The translations under genes were made by a program, and so were the position numbers. DNA of 64,000 nucleotides, from positions 2,336,001-2,400,000 of the forward strand of contig CAWELD010000003.1 of NCBI GenBank assembly GCA_963809895.1, given 5' to 3'. Positions 46,789 to 56,711 of the stretch are shown here, piece after piece. The notes under the pieces were generated by a model, which saw only the letters and a program-made list of their open reading frames with translations, ran no database searches and was not told the origin of the DNA. Within the stretch, counting starts at the first letter, position 1, and each line of letters begins with the position of its first letter. The DNA comes from an uncultured Gemmatimonadales bacterium (lineage in GTDB: Bacteria > Gemmatimonadota > Gemmatimonadetes > Longimicrobiales > Gaopeijiaceae).

Positions 46789-49700
46789 ATGAATCTCTCC
46801 CTGCCCGACCAACGTGCCCGGGACCGGATCCGGACGGCTCTGGACACCAATATCCTGGTGGAAGCAGGAGCGGGGTCCGGCAAGACCACCGCGCTCGTGG
46901 ACCGCATGGTGGCGCTGGTCGGCGACCACGGCGTCGAGGTGGAGCAGGTCGCGGCAGTCACCTTCACGCGCAAGGCCGCCGGCGAGTTGAGAGAGCGCTT
47001 CCAGGGGGCGTTGGAGAAGGCGCGCCGCAAGGCCGAGGCGGACAGCCCTCAGCGGGCGCGCCTGGAGGCTTCGTTGGGATCGGTGGACCGGGCGTTCATG
47101 GGAACCATCCACGCCTTCTGCGCACGCCTCCTGAGGGAGCGACCCCTCGAGGCCGGCCTGGACCCCGCCTTCGGAGAGCTCACGGCCCAACAGTCCCTGG
47201 GGCTCGCCACCAGGTGGTGGAACGTCTGGCTGGAACGCCTCGCCGCCGACGGGGATCCGGTGCTCGATGCGCTGGACGAGCTCGGCATCCGCCCGGACCA
47301 GCTCCAGCACACCTTCGCGCAGCTGACCGAATACTCCGACGTGGACTTCCCCGCACCGACCGAAGCGCGCCCGGACCCCTCGGAGATCCTGGCGGTGCGC
47401 AGGGAGCTCGACGAGCTCATGGATCGGGCGGACGGGATCTTCCCCGACCAGGAGCCGGACCGCGGGTGGGGAGAGCTCCAGCAGTCCCTGAAGACCGCCT
47501 GGTTCTATCGCCGCGCCATGGACTGGGACGACGAGCGCGTGGTCATGGAGGCGATCCGCCTCGTCCTGGCCAAGGCCGACAAGGTCACGCTCAGCCGTTG
47601 GTTCCCGGAGCGGAAGGACCAGGGGCCGATCAAGGACCTGCGCGACGACTTCCGTGCCTGGGCCGCGGAGGGCGGTCGTGCGGACCGCCTCGTGCGGCGC
47701 TGGTTGGCCCACTGTTACCCGGTCTGTCTCGGCTTCGCACAGCGGGCCGCCCGCGATTTCGCGCGCTTCCGCAAGCGGACCGGCCAACTCTCGTTCCACG
47801 ACCTGCTGGCCCTCACGGCCGATCTCCTGCGGCGCTCGCCCCAGGCGCGCCGGGACCTGGGTACGCGCTACCGCTACCTGCTGGTGGACGAGTTCCAGGA
47901 CACGGACCCCTTGCAAGCCGAGGTGCTCTTCCTGCTCGCCTCCGACCCCGACGAGGGCGACGAGGGCGATTGGCGCCGCAGCGTTCCCCGGCCTGGCGCG
48001 CTCTTCGTGGTGGGGGATCCCAAGCAGAGCATCTACCGCTTTCGGCGAGCCGACATCGCCCTGTACCAGCAGGTGCGCGAGCGGTTCGACCCCGCCTCGG
48101 GCGGCTTCGGAGCCGTCGTCCGCCTGACCGCCAACTTCCGGTCCCTGGCGCCGGTGGGCGCGCTGGTGAACGACGTCTTCGCGGACCCCGACCGATTCCC
48201 CGCCGACCCCACGCCCCAGCAGGCTCCCTTCGCCCCGCTGGAGCCCCAGCGCACCGACGCCCACCAGGGCGGGGGTGTGTACGTCTACGACATTCCACCC
48301 TGCCAGGACCCCGACGTCAGCGGTCGCGGGCGTGAGAAGCCCGAGCGGGATACCGAGGCCACGGCCCTGGCCCGCTGGATCGCCCGGCGCGTCGACGACG
48401 GGGAGCGCACGCCCGGCGATTTCCTGTTGCTCACCCGGACCAAGCGCGCTCTGGACACCTATGCCAGGGCCCTGGAGGCCCGGAACCTCCCGGTCGAGGT
48501 CTCCGGGGCAGGCGTGGGGATCGAGGAGGAGCTGGCCGAGCTCGAAGCGGTGCTCAGGGCCCTCTCCGATCCCGACGACGTGGTGCTCACGGTCGCGGCC
48601 CTGACAGGCCTCTTCTTCGGACTCGACCTCGAACAGCTCCTCCGGCGCCAGGAGGAGCGCCAGCGCACGCTGGGTCACCCGGGCGGCGCTTTCGACTTCC
48701 GCCAGGTTCCGCCCCGGACCGCCGACGACTACGGGGCGGCCAGCCGGGAGGCTCCCGTGGAGGCGGCGCTGGGCACCCTGCACCGCTGGTGGCGGAGGGC
48801 GCAGGCCGAGGCCTCGGACGTGGTGGTGGCCGAGATCGTGGACGAGCTGGGACTGCTTCCCTGGGCCGCCGCGGGAGAGCTGGGTCAGATCCGCGCCGGG
48901 GCCCTCGCCTTCGCGCTGGATGCGGTGCGCGGCGCGGGTCTCGACGGAGACACCTCGCTGGTCGGCGCCCTGGAAGCGCTGCAGACCGCGCTGGCCGAAG
49001 AAGAGTCGGAGGCGCCGCTGGAACCGGAGCGGCCACAGGCCATCCGCTTGATGAATCTCCACAAAGCCAAGGGACTCGAAGGCGCCGTGGTGGTCCTCGC
49101 CGATCCCTACGAGCCCGGGGGCTTCGACACCCGTCTCCTGGTGGAGCGCGACCCGGCCGGAGGCGTGAGGGGATGGCTTCGCGTGGGTGAGCCCGGGGCC
49201 TGGAACAGCTTCCACGCGCTGGCCCAGCCTCTCTCCTGGCCCGACAAGGAAGAGGCGGAGCAGCGCTTCGCGGACGCCGAAGAGACCCGCCTGCTGTACG
49301 TGGCGGCGACGCGAGCCTGCGACGAGTTGGTGGTGACGCGGTGCGGCGATCCGAAGCGCGCGCCCAGGTCGCCCTGGTGTGCCTTTCACGCCTGGCTCGA
49401 CCAGAACGGCCACGCCCTCGAGCTCGAGGCCGAGCCGCCACCCCCCCGCGACCGCCTGCACACCACCGCCGCCGAAATCGGCCGGCGCGTGGACTTCATC
49501 AGGGCGCGCCGCGAAGCCGCGGCGGCGCCGGGCTATGCCTTCGACACGGTCACGGGGCGGGTCCACCACGACGACGCGGCCACCCTCGCCGCCGACGCCG
49601 AGGCCCCCTCGGCAGAGTCGCTCGGCGTCGACGAGACCGGCCTCACCTACGACCTCGCCGAAGCCGACAGCTCGGGGCCGGGCGGCTTCGAGTGGGGCAG

Positions 49701-50169
49701 CGCCGTCCATGCGGTGCTGGAGGCCGCGGCCCGCGGCGTCGAGGGTGAGGCGCTGGCCGCCGCGGCCCGCACCGCGCTGCTGGAGCAGGACCGCCCGGCC
49801 CGGGACGGGGAGCCCACCGAGCTGGCCACGCTCCTCGCCCTCGTGGATGCGGTGCGAGCGTCGGAGCTGTGGGAGCAGGCCGAGGCCGCCGGCGAAGCGG
49901 GACTCCGCCTCGCCGAGCATCCTTTCGCGCTGGAGATGGAGGACGGATCCTTTCTGGAAGGCGTGATCGACCTGGCCTTCACCTCCCCCGACGGATGGAC
50001 GGTGGTAGACTACAAGACCGATCGCGGAGACGATCCCGAGCTGGAAGCGCGGGTCGCGCGCTATCACCGCCAGCTCGATCTGTACGCGGATGCGCTGGAG
50101 CGCCTCACCGGGCGGCCCGTGGCGGCGAAGCGGCTGTGGTTCCTGAGGCCCCGATCCACCGAACCCTGA
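46789..50169 (+). CDS. addA: AddA-like UvrD helicase with RecB-family nuclease
   Basis: AGAGSGKT, TFTRKAA.EL, TIHAFC, VDEFQDT, VGDPKQSIYRFR, HKAKGLE, RLLYVA.TRA; nuclease GVIDL..VVDYKT..QL.LY. Confidence 0.9.
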   Translation: MNLSLPDQRARDRIRTALDTNILVEAGAGSGKTTALVDRMVALVGDHGVEVEQVAAVTFTRKAAGELRERFQGALEKARRKAEADSPQRARLEASLGSVDRAFMGTIHAFCARLLRERPLEAGLDPAFGELTAQQSLGLATRWWNVWLERLAADGDPVLDALDELGIRPDQLQHTFAQLTEYSDVDFPAPTEARPDPSEILAVRRELDELMDRADGIFPDQEPDRGWGELQQSLKTAWFYRRAMDWDDERVVMEAIRLVLAKADKVTLSRWFPERKDQGPIKDLRDDFRAWAAEGGRADRLVRRWLAHCYPVCLGFAQRAARDFARFRKRTGQLSFHDLLALTADLLRRSPQARRDLGTRYRYLLVDEFQDTDPLQAEVLFLLASDPDEGDEGDWRRSVPRPGALFVVGDPKQSIYRFRRADIALYQQVRERFDPASGGFGAVVRLTANFRSLAPVGALVNDVFADPDRFPADPTPQQAPFAPLEPQRTDAHQGGGVYVYDIPPCQDPDVSGRGREKPERDTEATALARWIARRVDDGERTPGDFLLLTRTKRALDTYARALEARNLPVEVSGAGVGIEEELAELEAVLRALSDPDDVVLTVAALTGLFFGLDLEQLLRRQEERQRTLGHPGGAFDFRQVPPRTADDYGAASREAPVEAALGTLHRWWRRAQAEASDVVVAEIVDELGLLPWAAAGELGQIRAGALAFALDAVRGAGLDGDTSLVGALEALQTALAEEESEAPLEPERPQAIRLMNLHKAKGLEGAVVVLADPYEPGGFDTRLLVERDPAGGVRGWLRVGEPGAWNSFHALAQPLSWPDKEEAEQRFADAEETRLLYVAATRACDELVVTRCGDPKRAPRSPWCAFHAWLDQNGHALELEAEPPPPRDRLHTTAAEIGRRVDFIRARREAAAAPGYAFDTVTGRVHHDDAATLAADAEAPSAESLGVDETGLTYDLAEADSSGPGGFEWGSAVHAVLEAAARGVEGEALAAAARTALLEQDRPARDGEPTELATLLALVDAVRASELWEQAEAAGEAGLRLAEHPFALEMEDGSFLEGVIDLAFTSPDGWTVVDYKTDRGDDPELEARVARYHRQLDLYADALERLTGRPVAAKRLWFLRPRSTEP

Positions 50170-50176
50170 GCGCATC

Positions 50177-51124
50177 ATGACCCGAAGCAGACTCCTGGGA
50201 CTGCTCGCGGTGGCCGGGGCGGCCATCCTCCTCTGGCTCGCCGTCGACGGGTGGCTGGAGGCCCGCTCGCTCCGGGACTACGCGCAAGAGCGTTCGAGCC
50301 GGGCCGCTGCGACGGTGGACACGCTGGCCCCACTGGACGCCCGGCTGCGAGAGAGCTCCGGCCTGGCCGTGAGTCGGGCGCACCCGGGTATCCTGTGGAC
50401 CCAGAACGACTCAGGCGACGAGCCCCGCTTCTACGCCATGGACATGTCGGGTCGGGTGCGAGCCACCTTCGACGTCGTGGGAGCCCAGGCCGTGGACTGG
50501 GAGGCCCTTGACCTGGGACCCTGCCCCGGTGCGCCATCGGATCCTTGCGTCTATCTGGGCGACATCGGTGACAACGTTCGCACGCGGGACGTGGTCACGG
50601 TCTACGTGGTCCGGGAGCCCGATCCCGCCGGCGGGGACGGGGTCGCACCGCTGGTCGGGCGGCTCCGTTACAGCTATCCCGACACCACCCACGACGCCGA
50701 GGCCCTGGCGGTGAGCGCGGCCGGGGATCTGGTGGTGGTCACCAAGGGACGCACCCCCGACATCCGGCTCTACCGCCTCGACCCGGAAGCCGTGCGTGCG
50801 GCCGTCGCGGCTGACTCGACGGTGACCCTGCCCGAAGGCACGGTACTGCCCATCGCTCCGAGCTGGATCCTGGGCCGCGTCGTCACCGGTGCGGGCTTCA
50901 GCCCCGACGGCGACCGCCTGGCCGTGCGCACGTATTCGGAGATCTTCTTCTTCGCCTGGCCACTGAGCGGGACGCCCGCGACGGTGCTGAGCTCGTGCTA
51001 TCTGGGCGATCTCGAGCCGCAGGGCGAAGCGGTGGCCTTCGAGACCCCGGATGCGGTCCTGCTGACCTCGGAGACGGCGCGCGGGAGGCAGGGAAACCTC
51101 CTGCGCGTCACCTGCCCGGGCTGA
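50177..51124 (+). CDS. Exported hypothetical protein, probable beta-propeller
   Basis: N-terminal TM; ESSGLA, WTQNDSG, DWEAL, YLGDIGDN, DAEAL, QGEAVAF. Confidence 0.75.
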   Translation: MTRSRLLGLLAVAGAAILLWLAVDGWLEARSLRDYAQERSSRAAATVDTLAPLDARLRESSGLAVSRAHPGILWTQNDSGDEPRFYAMDMSGRVRATFDVVGAQAVDWEALDLGPCPGAPSDPCVYLGDIGDNVRTRDVVTVYVVREPDPAGGDGVAPLVGRLRYSYPDTTHDAEALAVSAAGDLVVVTKGRTPDIRLYRLDPEAVRAAVAADSTVTLPEGTVLPIAPSWILGRVVTGAGFSPDGDRLAVRTYSEIFFFAWPLSGTPATVLSSCYLGDLEPQGEAVAFETPDAVLLTSETARGRQGNLLRVTCPG

Positions 51125-52331
51125 GCCCCGCGCCGGGCGCGGGCTGAAGCACCCACGCCACCAGCTCCGCCAGCACGCTCCTCGACACCCAACCACGGTC
51201 GGGATCCACCAGGGCGTGTCCCACACCCGGCACCACCGTGACAGACACGACGGGACTGCCGGGCCGTGCCTGCAGGGTCCGCAGGCGCTCGACGCTGCGA
51301 GCCACCGGCACGTTGTCCTGTTCGTCCTCCGCACCGTAGACCACGAGCGTCGGCAGGCCCGCGCGTAGCCACGAATCCAGGGGATCGAAGGTGCCGGTGC
51401 GGGCCCACCAGGCCCATCGCCAGTCCGTCTCCTCGGCGGGCATGGCCTGGGCGAAGTCCGCCGCAGGCCCTGCCGAGGCCGCCTCGCGCGCAACCAGGAA
51501 TTCCTGCCAGCTGCTCTCGCCCAGGGCATGGCGTTCCAGGACCCTCTGGAGCCGGAGCGCGTCACCGACCCCGGCCTCCGCGACGCCATCGGCCTCCAGC
51601 GTGCGTCGGATCTCGTGGCGGATCTGATCGAAAACGGGCACCGCGGCGCTGGACATGCTCACCACGAAGGCACCGCCGCCGGCGATGCGCGCCGCCAGTG
51701 GCGCGATCCAGCCTCCCTGGCTCAGTCCCACCCAACCGATCCGGTTCGGCGGCAGTCCCGTCTCGTGGGCCAACACCCGCGCTTCGGCGACGGCGTCGCG
51801 CGCCAGCGCATCGAATCCCACGGTGCGCCAGTCGCCGCCCGACGCGCCCGAGCCCCGCTTGTCCGGAAAGAGCACGGCGACGCCGGCCGCGGCGAGGGTG
51901 TGCGCGAAGGTGTACGCCCAGACGTTGTCCCGGTCACTGTCCCCGGAGCCCTGGAGGATCACGGCCCCCAGACCGGCGGGGTGCGCGGGCAAGAGCAGGA
52001 GCCCGGCCAACGCCACGTCATCCGAGGGGATCGAGATCTCCCGAAGCGCATAGGGGGGATCGGGATCCGCCGTCCACCGACGTCCGTCCGGGAACGAAAG
52101 CGCGACGCGCCCGGGCGCGCTTCCGACCTCGACCCGCGCGCCGCCCGGGCCACCCACCGCCAGGGCGCCGAAGTCGGCCGTATCGAAGTCCAGGTGCCGC
52201 CAACCCTCGTGGGGCGCCGGAGAGACCAGAATGCGCGCACCGCCGCCGTCCACGTACCAGCCTGCGAGGTCCGGCACCGTGTCGGCGGGCGGAGCCTGCA
52301 GCGACGCGAGCATCGCCAGAACCACGATCAT
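51108..52331 (-). CDS. Alpha/beta hydrolase (S9/aminopeptidase-like), exported
   Basis: DKRGSGASGG; nucleophile GLSQGG; D and H candidates in GAEDEQDNVP and GVGH. Confidence 0.85.
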   Translation of the reverse strand: MIVVLAMLASLQAPPADTVPDLAGWYVDGGGARILVSPAPHEGWRHLDFDTADFGALAVGGPGGARVEVGSAPGRVALSFPDGRRWTADPDPPYALREISIPSDDVALAGLLLLPAHPAGLGAVILQGSGDSDRDNVWAYTFAHTLAAAGVAVLFPDKRGSGASGGDWRTVGFDALARDAVAEARVLAHETGLPPNRIGWVGLSQGGWIAPLAARIAGGGAFVVSMSSAAVPVFDQIRHEIRRTLEADGVAEAGVGDALRLQRVLERHALGESSWQEFLVAREAASAGPAADFAQAMPAEETDWRWAWWARTGTFDPLDSWLRAGLPTLVVYGAEDEQDNVPVARSVERLRTLQARPGSPVVSVTVVPGVGHALVDPDRGWVSRSVLAELVAWVLQPAPGAGLSPGR

Positions 52332-52503
52332 GTCGGCCAGCCTCCGGTGTGCGGGGAGAGAATCGAAGCTCGACACGGACCGCCGGGACCCGACACCTCG
52401 CCGTCACGAGCCGCGGCAGCACGCCACCGACCGGTCCCTGGGCGGCACGGGCCGGACGGCCCGACGCCGGCGCGCACCGTCCTCCGGGCGTTCACCGGCC
52501 CGG

Positions 52504-53343
52504 CTACCCGAGGTGCAGGGACTCGGCGGGGGTCCACCCGGTGACAGCGCGAGTCTTCCCGGAGTGCACGATCTGATCCAGCGCCAGGGCATCGGCGTAG
52601 TCGCCGAGCTCGCGCCGAGCCTCCTCCAGGGAGAGCGCCCGCGGGGAGCCCGGCGAGCCCGCCTCCTCCCATACTTTCCGGGCGACCTCGGCCATGCTCG
52701 CATGCGACGACACGGCGTGCAGCACGGTGCCCGCCCCCACCTCCAGGGCGCGCACGTACAGGTCGGCGAGATCGTGGAGGCCCACCAGCGGCCACTGCTG
52801 TGATCCGTCCGCCACCACGGGAATCTCCGCCCGCGCCAACTCACCGGGAATTCCGCCACCCCGGCCGTACACGATGCCGGGCCGGACCACCACCGGCGTC
52901 GTCCCCTGCGCCGCCGATGCCAGAATCTCGGGGACCAGCGTCTGCCGCCACACCGACTTCGCGGCCGGGCGGCAGCGACGGAGATCGACGTCCTCGTCGA
53001 ACTCACCCGAGCCCAGCACCCAGATGCCCCCCGTGTAGACGAAGCGGCGCCCGCTGCCTGCCAGCGCACCCAACAGCGCGCGCGATACGCGTGAATCCAC
53101 CGACCCGGCCTCGCGGCCCCCGACGTTCCCCGCGTGGATCACGGCGTCGCAGCCCGCCGCGGTGGGGACCCACGCCCCGGGCTCTCGCAGATCGCCGGGC
53201 ACCACCTCCCACCCTCGGGTCGAGAACGCCCGCTCCGCACGCTCGTGGTGCGCGAGCGCCGAGACTTCGTGCCCCGCCTCGGCCAGTGCCTCGCCCACGG
53301 CCTGACCGATGAACCCGGTTCCGCCTGTCAGAAATACCTTCAT
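52504..53343 (-). CDS. NAD-dependent epimerase/dehydratase family protein
   Basis: MKVFLTGGTGFIG, VRPGIVYG, DLADLY. Confidence 0.88.
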   Translation of the reverse strand: MKVFLTGGTGFIGQAVGEALAEAGHEVSALAHHERAERAFSTRGWEVVPGDLREPGAWVPTAAGCDAVIHAGNVGGREAGSVDSRVSRALLGALAGSGRRFVYTGGIWVLGSGEFDEDVDLRRCRPAAKSVWRQTLVPEILASAAQGTTPVVVRPGIVYGRGGGIPGELARAEIPVVADGSQQWPLVGLHDLADLYVRALEVGAGTVLHAVSSHASMAEVARKVWEEAGSPGSPRALSLEEARRELGDYADALALDQIVHSGKTRAVTGWTPAESLHLG

Positions 53344-53553
53344 CGCCTACGCACTTCCTCCGCTCGAGTCGCTCGGTCCCGCCGGTCGCTGGCGGTGCCT
53401 TCTCCAGTTGGCACCCCCGAGCGGCCGGCTCGTTCGCCCTCGATACCGAGCCAGGACCAGGGGGTTACCGCCCCTGCCCGGGGTGACGCAGCCTCCATGT
53501 GCATCCATGAGCCGGCCCCGCGTGGCCGGCACCATCTCACGAGGAGGCACTAC

Positions 53554-54111
53554 ATGCGACGTTTCCTGGTCTGCACGTTGGCCCTGGCCGCCGGATCGTT
53601 CGCGGCCTGCGACAGCGCACCCACCTCGCCCCAGGCCGAGGCCGGGCCCACCACGGTCCGCGCCGAAGCCCGCTCCGACGCGGTGATGTCGGTAACGGGC
53701 AGCGGACACCGGCGCCTCGATCCCGAGGATCCAGGTTCGCTGCGCCGCTTCACCATCTCGGCCGTCGGCCACGCCGACGGCTCCGCGTCCGGCCAGTACA
53801 ACCTGGTCATCGGCCCCAACGCCATCGCGGTGCACGGAACGGTCACCTGCGTGAACGTGGTGGGCAATCGCGCCTTCGTGGGAGGCACGGTGGACCGGGC
53901 GCTGCTCCCCTACCCTCCGGAGATCGTGGCACAGATCACCGGTGTGGCCATCGAGCTGGTGGACAACGGCACCGGCCCCGACGCGCCGGCCGACGAGATC
54001 AGCTCCACCGCGTTCTACCTGAACATGCCCGAGGGACCGCAGCAGTGGTGTGACGATGCCACGCCGGGCGGCGTGGGGCCCATCGAGCAGGGCAACATCA
54101 CCGTGCGTTGA
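53554..54111 (+). CDS. Hypothetical lipoprotein
   Basis: SD GAGGAGG; lipobox FAAC; beta-rich (HGTVTCVNVVGNRA). Confidence 0.75.
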   Translation: MRRFLVCTLALAAGSFAACDSAPTSPQAEAGPTTVRAEARSDAVMSVTGSGHRRLDPEDPGSLRRFTISAVGHADGSASGQYNLVIGPNAIAVHGTVTCVNVVGNRAFVGGTVDRALLPYPPEIVAQITGVAIELVDNGTGPDAPADEISSTAFYLNMPEGPQQWCDDATPGGVGPIEQGNITVR

Positions 54112-54176
54112 ACTCCGTGCCGGGTCCGGTCTCCCGCCGGCCGGGCCCGGTCACACCCCTCCCCGAGGAGACCGTC

Positions 54177-54740
54177 ATGCATCGCCTCTCCGAACCCGTC
54201 CGCGACGCCAGGGCCCGCGGACTCCGCCGCTTGGCCGCCCTCGTCGCCCTGGGCACCGCCCTGGCGTTGGCTCCCACCCACCTCTCGGCGCAGGAGACGT
54301 TCGCGCCTCGCTGCCAGGACGAGACGTTTCGCGCCTTCGACTTCTGGCTCGGCAGCTGGACCGTGTACGATCCCGACGGCGCCGAGGTGGGGCGCAGCCG
54401 CGTCGAGCGCATCCTCGACGGATGCGCGGTGCAGGAGCACTGGGAGTCCGGACAGGTGTCCGGCACCAGCCTGAACATCTACGACGCGCCGTCGCGCACC
54501 TGGAACCAGACCTGGGTGGACAATCGCGGATCCCTCCTGCGACTGCGGGGGGCCTTCGACGGCACCAGCATGCAGATGCGCGGGGAGCGTCTGGGATCCG
54601 ACGGCCACGTGCGCGTTCTGCGGGTCACGTGGACGCCCCAGCCCGACGGCTCGATCCGTCAGCTCCAGGAGGTGTCGGAAGACGGAGGGGCCACCTGGAA
54701 CGTGGGATTCGACGGTCGATATCGACGCAGCAGCGGTTGA
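54177..54740 (+). CDS. Exported hypothetical beta-barrel-like protein
   Basis: SD GAGGAG; signal peptide; FDFWLGSW, GCAVQEHW, WNQTWVDN, SEDGGATW. Confidence 0.78.
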   Translation: MHRLSEPVRDARARGLRRLAALVALGTALALAPTHLSAQETFAPRCQDETFRAFDFWLGSWTVYDPDGAEVGRSRVERILDGCAVQEHWESGQVSGTSLNIYDAPSRTWNQTWVDNRGSLLRLRGAFDGTSMQMRGERLGSDGHVRVLRVTWTPQPDGSIRQLQEVSEDGGATWNVGFDGRYRRSSG

Positions 54741-54756
54741 CGGCCATCTTCGAGCC

Positions 54757-55848
54757 ATGCAGACCACTCGGTTGGAGACCACGGTTCGCGGTTGGCTCGA
54801 CAGCCCATTCCGGCAGTGGTGGACCTCCACCGTGGTCGGGCTGGTGGTGGCGTTGGCATCGGCCTTCCAGCTCTGGGTGAACTGGCGGCAGTCGGGATTC
54901 CAGGCGGACCTGTCCGCCCTCTTCGCCAGCAAGGCGGTGGAGTGGGCGGCCTGGGCGGCGGTGGTGCCCGTCGCCGTGTCCCTGGACCGGCGCACGCGCT
55001 TCCAGGGGATCGGGTGGGCCCGACGCCTGGTGCTCCATCTCGCCCTGGCCACCGGATGGTTCCTGGCGCTGAACGCGCCGCTGGCCGCGCTCACCGCCCT
55101 GGTCGATCCCGCCGCCGCGGGGACCTCGTTCGGCGGCCTCTATCTGAGCCGCATCGCCTACCGGCTGCCTTCGGCCTGGGTCGTGTACGGCTTCATCCTG
55201 GGAGCCGCGCGTCTCATGACCGAGTTCGTGCGCAGCCAGCGCCTGAGCCGGGACCTGGCACAGGCCCAGCTTCGCGTCCTGAGGGACCAGCTCCAGCCCC
55301 ACTTCCTGTTCAACGCCCTGCACACGGCAGGCGGGCTGGTGCGCTCCGGCGACCGCGACGGCGCCGTGGACACCCTGGTCGCGCTCAGCGATCTGCTGCG
55401 CCGCTCGCTCGGCTACGCCCGCGAGGACGAGGTCACCCTGGAAGAGGAGCTGGATTTCCTGGACCGGTATCTCGCCATCCAGCGCCGGCGCTTCGGCGAC
55501 CGGCTCGAGGTGGACGTGGACGTCCCCCCGGAGCTCGGCGCCGCCAGAGTGCCACCGTTTCTGCTGCAACCCCTGGTGGAGAACGCCATTCGCCACGGGC
55601 TGGATCTCGACCACGGCACGGGGACGGTGGCGATACGCGGACAGGCGACGCCCGGCGCCGTGATCCTGACCGTGGAGGATTCGGGAGGGTGTGCCGACGG
55701 CTGGCCCCAGCCCGACGAGAGCGAGGGGATCGGACTGGCCAACCTGCGCGGGCGTCTGAGTCGCCATTACGGGGCGACTGCGGGCCTCGAGACGTCGGTC
55801 ACCGACGGCCTGACCCGGGTCACGTTGACCCTGCCGGTCCGGCCATGA
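54757..55848 (+). CDS. LytS/YehU-type sensor histidine kinase
   Basis: TM region; QLQPHFLFNALH, LQPLVENAIRHG, GIGLANL..RL. Confidence 0.92.
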   Translation: MQTTRLETTVRGWLDSPFRQWWTSTVVGLVVALASAFQLWVNWRQSGFQADLSALFASKAVEWAAWAAVVPVAVSLDRRTRFQGIGWARRLVLHLALATGWFLALNAPLAALTALVDPAAAGTSFGGLYLSRIAYRLPSAWVVYGFILGAARLMTEFVRSQRLSRDLAQAQLRVLRDQLQPHFLFNALHTAGGLVRSGDRDGAVDTLVALSDLLRRSLGYAREDEVTLEEELDFLDRYLAIQRRRFGDRLEVDVDVPPELGAARVPPFLLQPLVENAIRHGLDLDHGTGTVAIRGQATPGAVILTVEDSGGCADGWPQPDESEGIGLANLRGRLSRHYGATAGLETSVTDGLTRVTLTLPVRP

Positions 55849-56651
55849 GCGGAGGCGGCGAGACCTTCGGAGTCCTCATCGTGGAGGACGAGGCCCCGGC
55901 GCGGCGAACGCTCCGGGATCTGCTCACCCGGCAACCCGAGGTGGAGATCCTGGGCGAGTGTTGGGGCGAGGAAGCCGTGGATCGCATTCGCGAGACCGAT
56001 CCGGACATTCTGCTCCTGGACGTGCGCATGCCCCGGATCGACGGATTCGAGGTGCTCCGGCGGCTGGAGCCCGACAGCGAGGCCGATCTGCCCATCGTGG
56101 TCTTCGTCACCGCCCACGAAGAGCACGCCCTGGAGGCCTTCGAGGTCCGGGCCATCGATTACCTGCTGAAACCCTTCACCGACGAGCGCTTCCGTCAGGC
56201 TCTCGGCCGCGCCGAGGCGCAGGTGAGGCAGCGCCGGCGTGGCGTCGAGGAGCAGCGCCTGCTGCCTCTGGGCCGGCTGGGGACGCCGGTGGCCGAGGCC
56301 GGCACCCTGCTCCCCGGCCACCGGGTCGTGCTCCAGGACGGAGGCACCACGTTGGTGCTCCCCCACCACGAGCTGCGCTGGATCGAGGCTTCGGGCCCCT
56401 ACGTGGTGCTCCACACGCCGGAACGGGAGCATCTGGTGAGGGCGTCGCTGACCGCGCTGGAGGAGCGACTGGCCGACCGCGGCTTCCTGCGGGTCCATCG
56501 CTCGGCGTTGGTGAACCTCGCCGAGGTCCGTGAGGTGCGCCCCCTTTCCCACGGTGACGCCCTGGCGGTTCTGGCCGACGGCACCCGGGTCCGGGTGAGC
56601 CGATCGAGGCGCGAGGAGCTCGAGGCGCGGCTTCAGCAGGCCGACGGCTGA
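55845..56651 (+). CDS. LytTR-family response regulator
   Basis: VEDE, LDVRMP, FVTAH, DYLLKP, FLRVHRSALVN, VSRSR; ATGA overlap with the kinase. Confidence 0.93.
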   Translation: MSGGGETFGVLIVEDEAPARRTLRDLLTRQPEVEILGECWGEEAVDRIRETDPDILLLDVRMPRIDGFEVLRRLEPDSEADLPIVVFVTAHEEHALEAFEVRAIDYLLKPFTDERFRQALGRAEAQVRQRRRGVEEQRLLPLGRLGTPVAEAGTLLPGHRVVLQDGGTTLVLPHHELRWIEASGPYVVLHTPEREHLVRASLTALEERLADRGFLRVHRSALVNLAEVREVRPLSHGDALAVLADGTRVRVSRSRREELEARLQQADG

Positions 56652-56677
56652 TCCGCAGCGGATCCACCGGGCTCCTC

Positions 56678-56707
56678 TTGAATTTCCTCACCTGGTGAGG
56701 CAAATTC
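56678..56707 (+). promoter_or_regulatory. Promoter TTGAAT-N17-CAAATT with a 7-1-7 palindromic operator in the spacer, upstream of padR-5
   Basis: CCTCACC-T-GGTGAGG 56686-56700 flanked by GAATTT/AAATTC; -10 ends 5 nt before the ATG; no SD. Confidence 0.7.
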
Positions 56708-56711
56708 GGCC

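Noticed and set aside
38355..50169. Helicase/nuclease pair as a novel defence system or Cas4
   Set aside because: Sizes and motifs fit AddAB repair subunits; no CRISPR array or cas genes in the window
46732..50226. 1164-aa antisense ORF over addA
   Set aside because: Shadow ORF with no recognisable motifs
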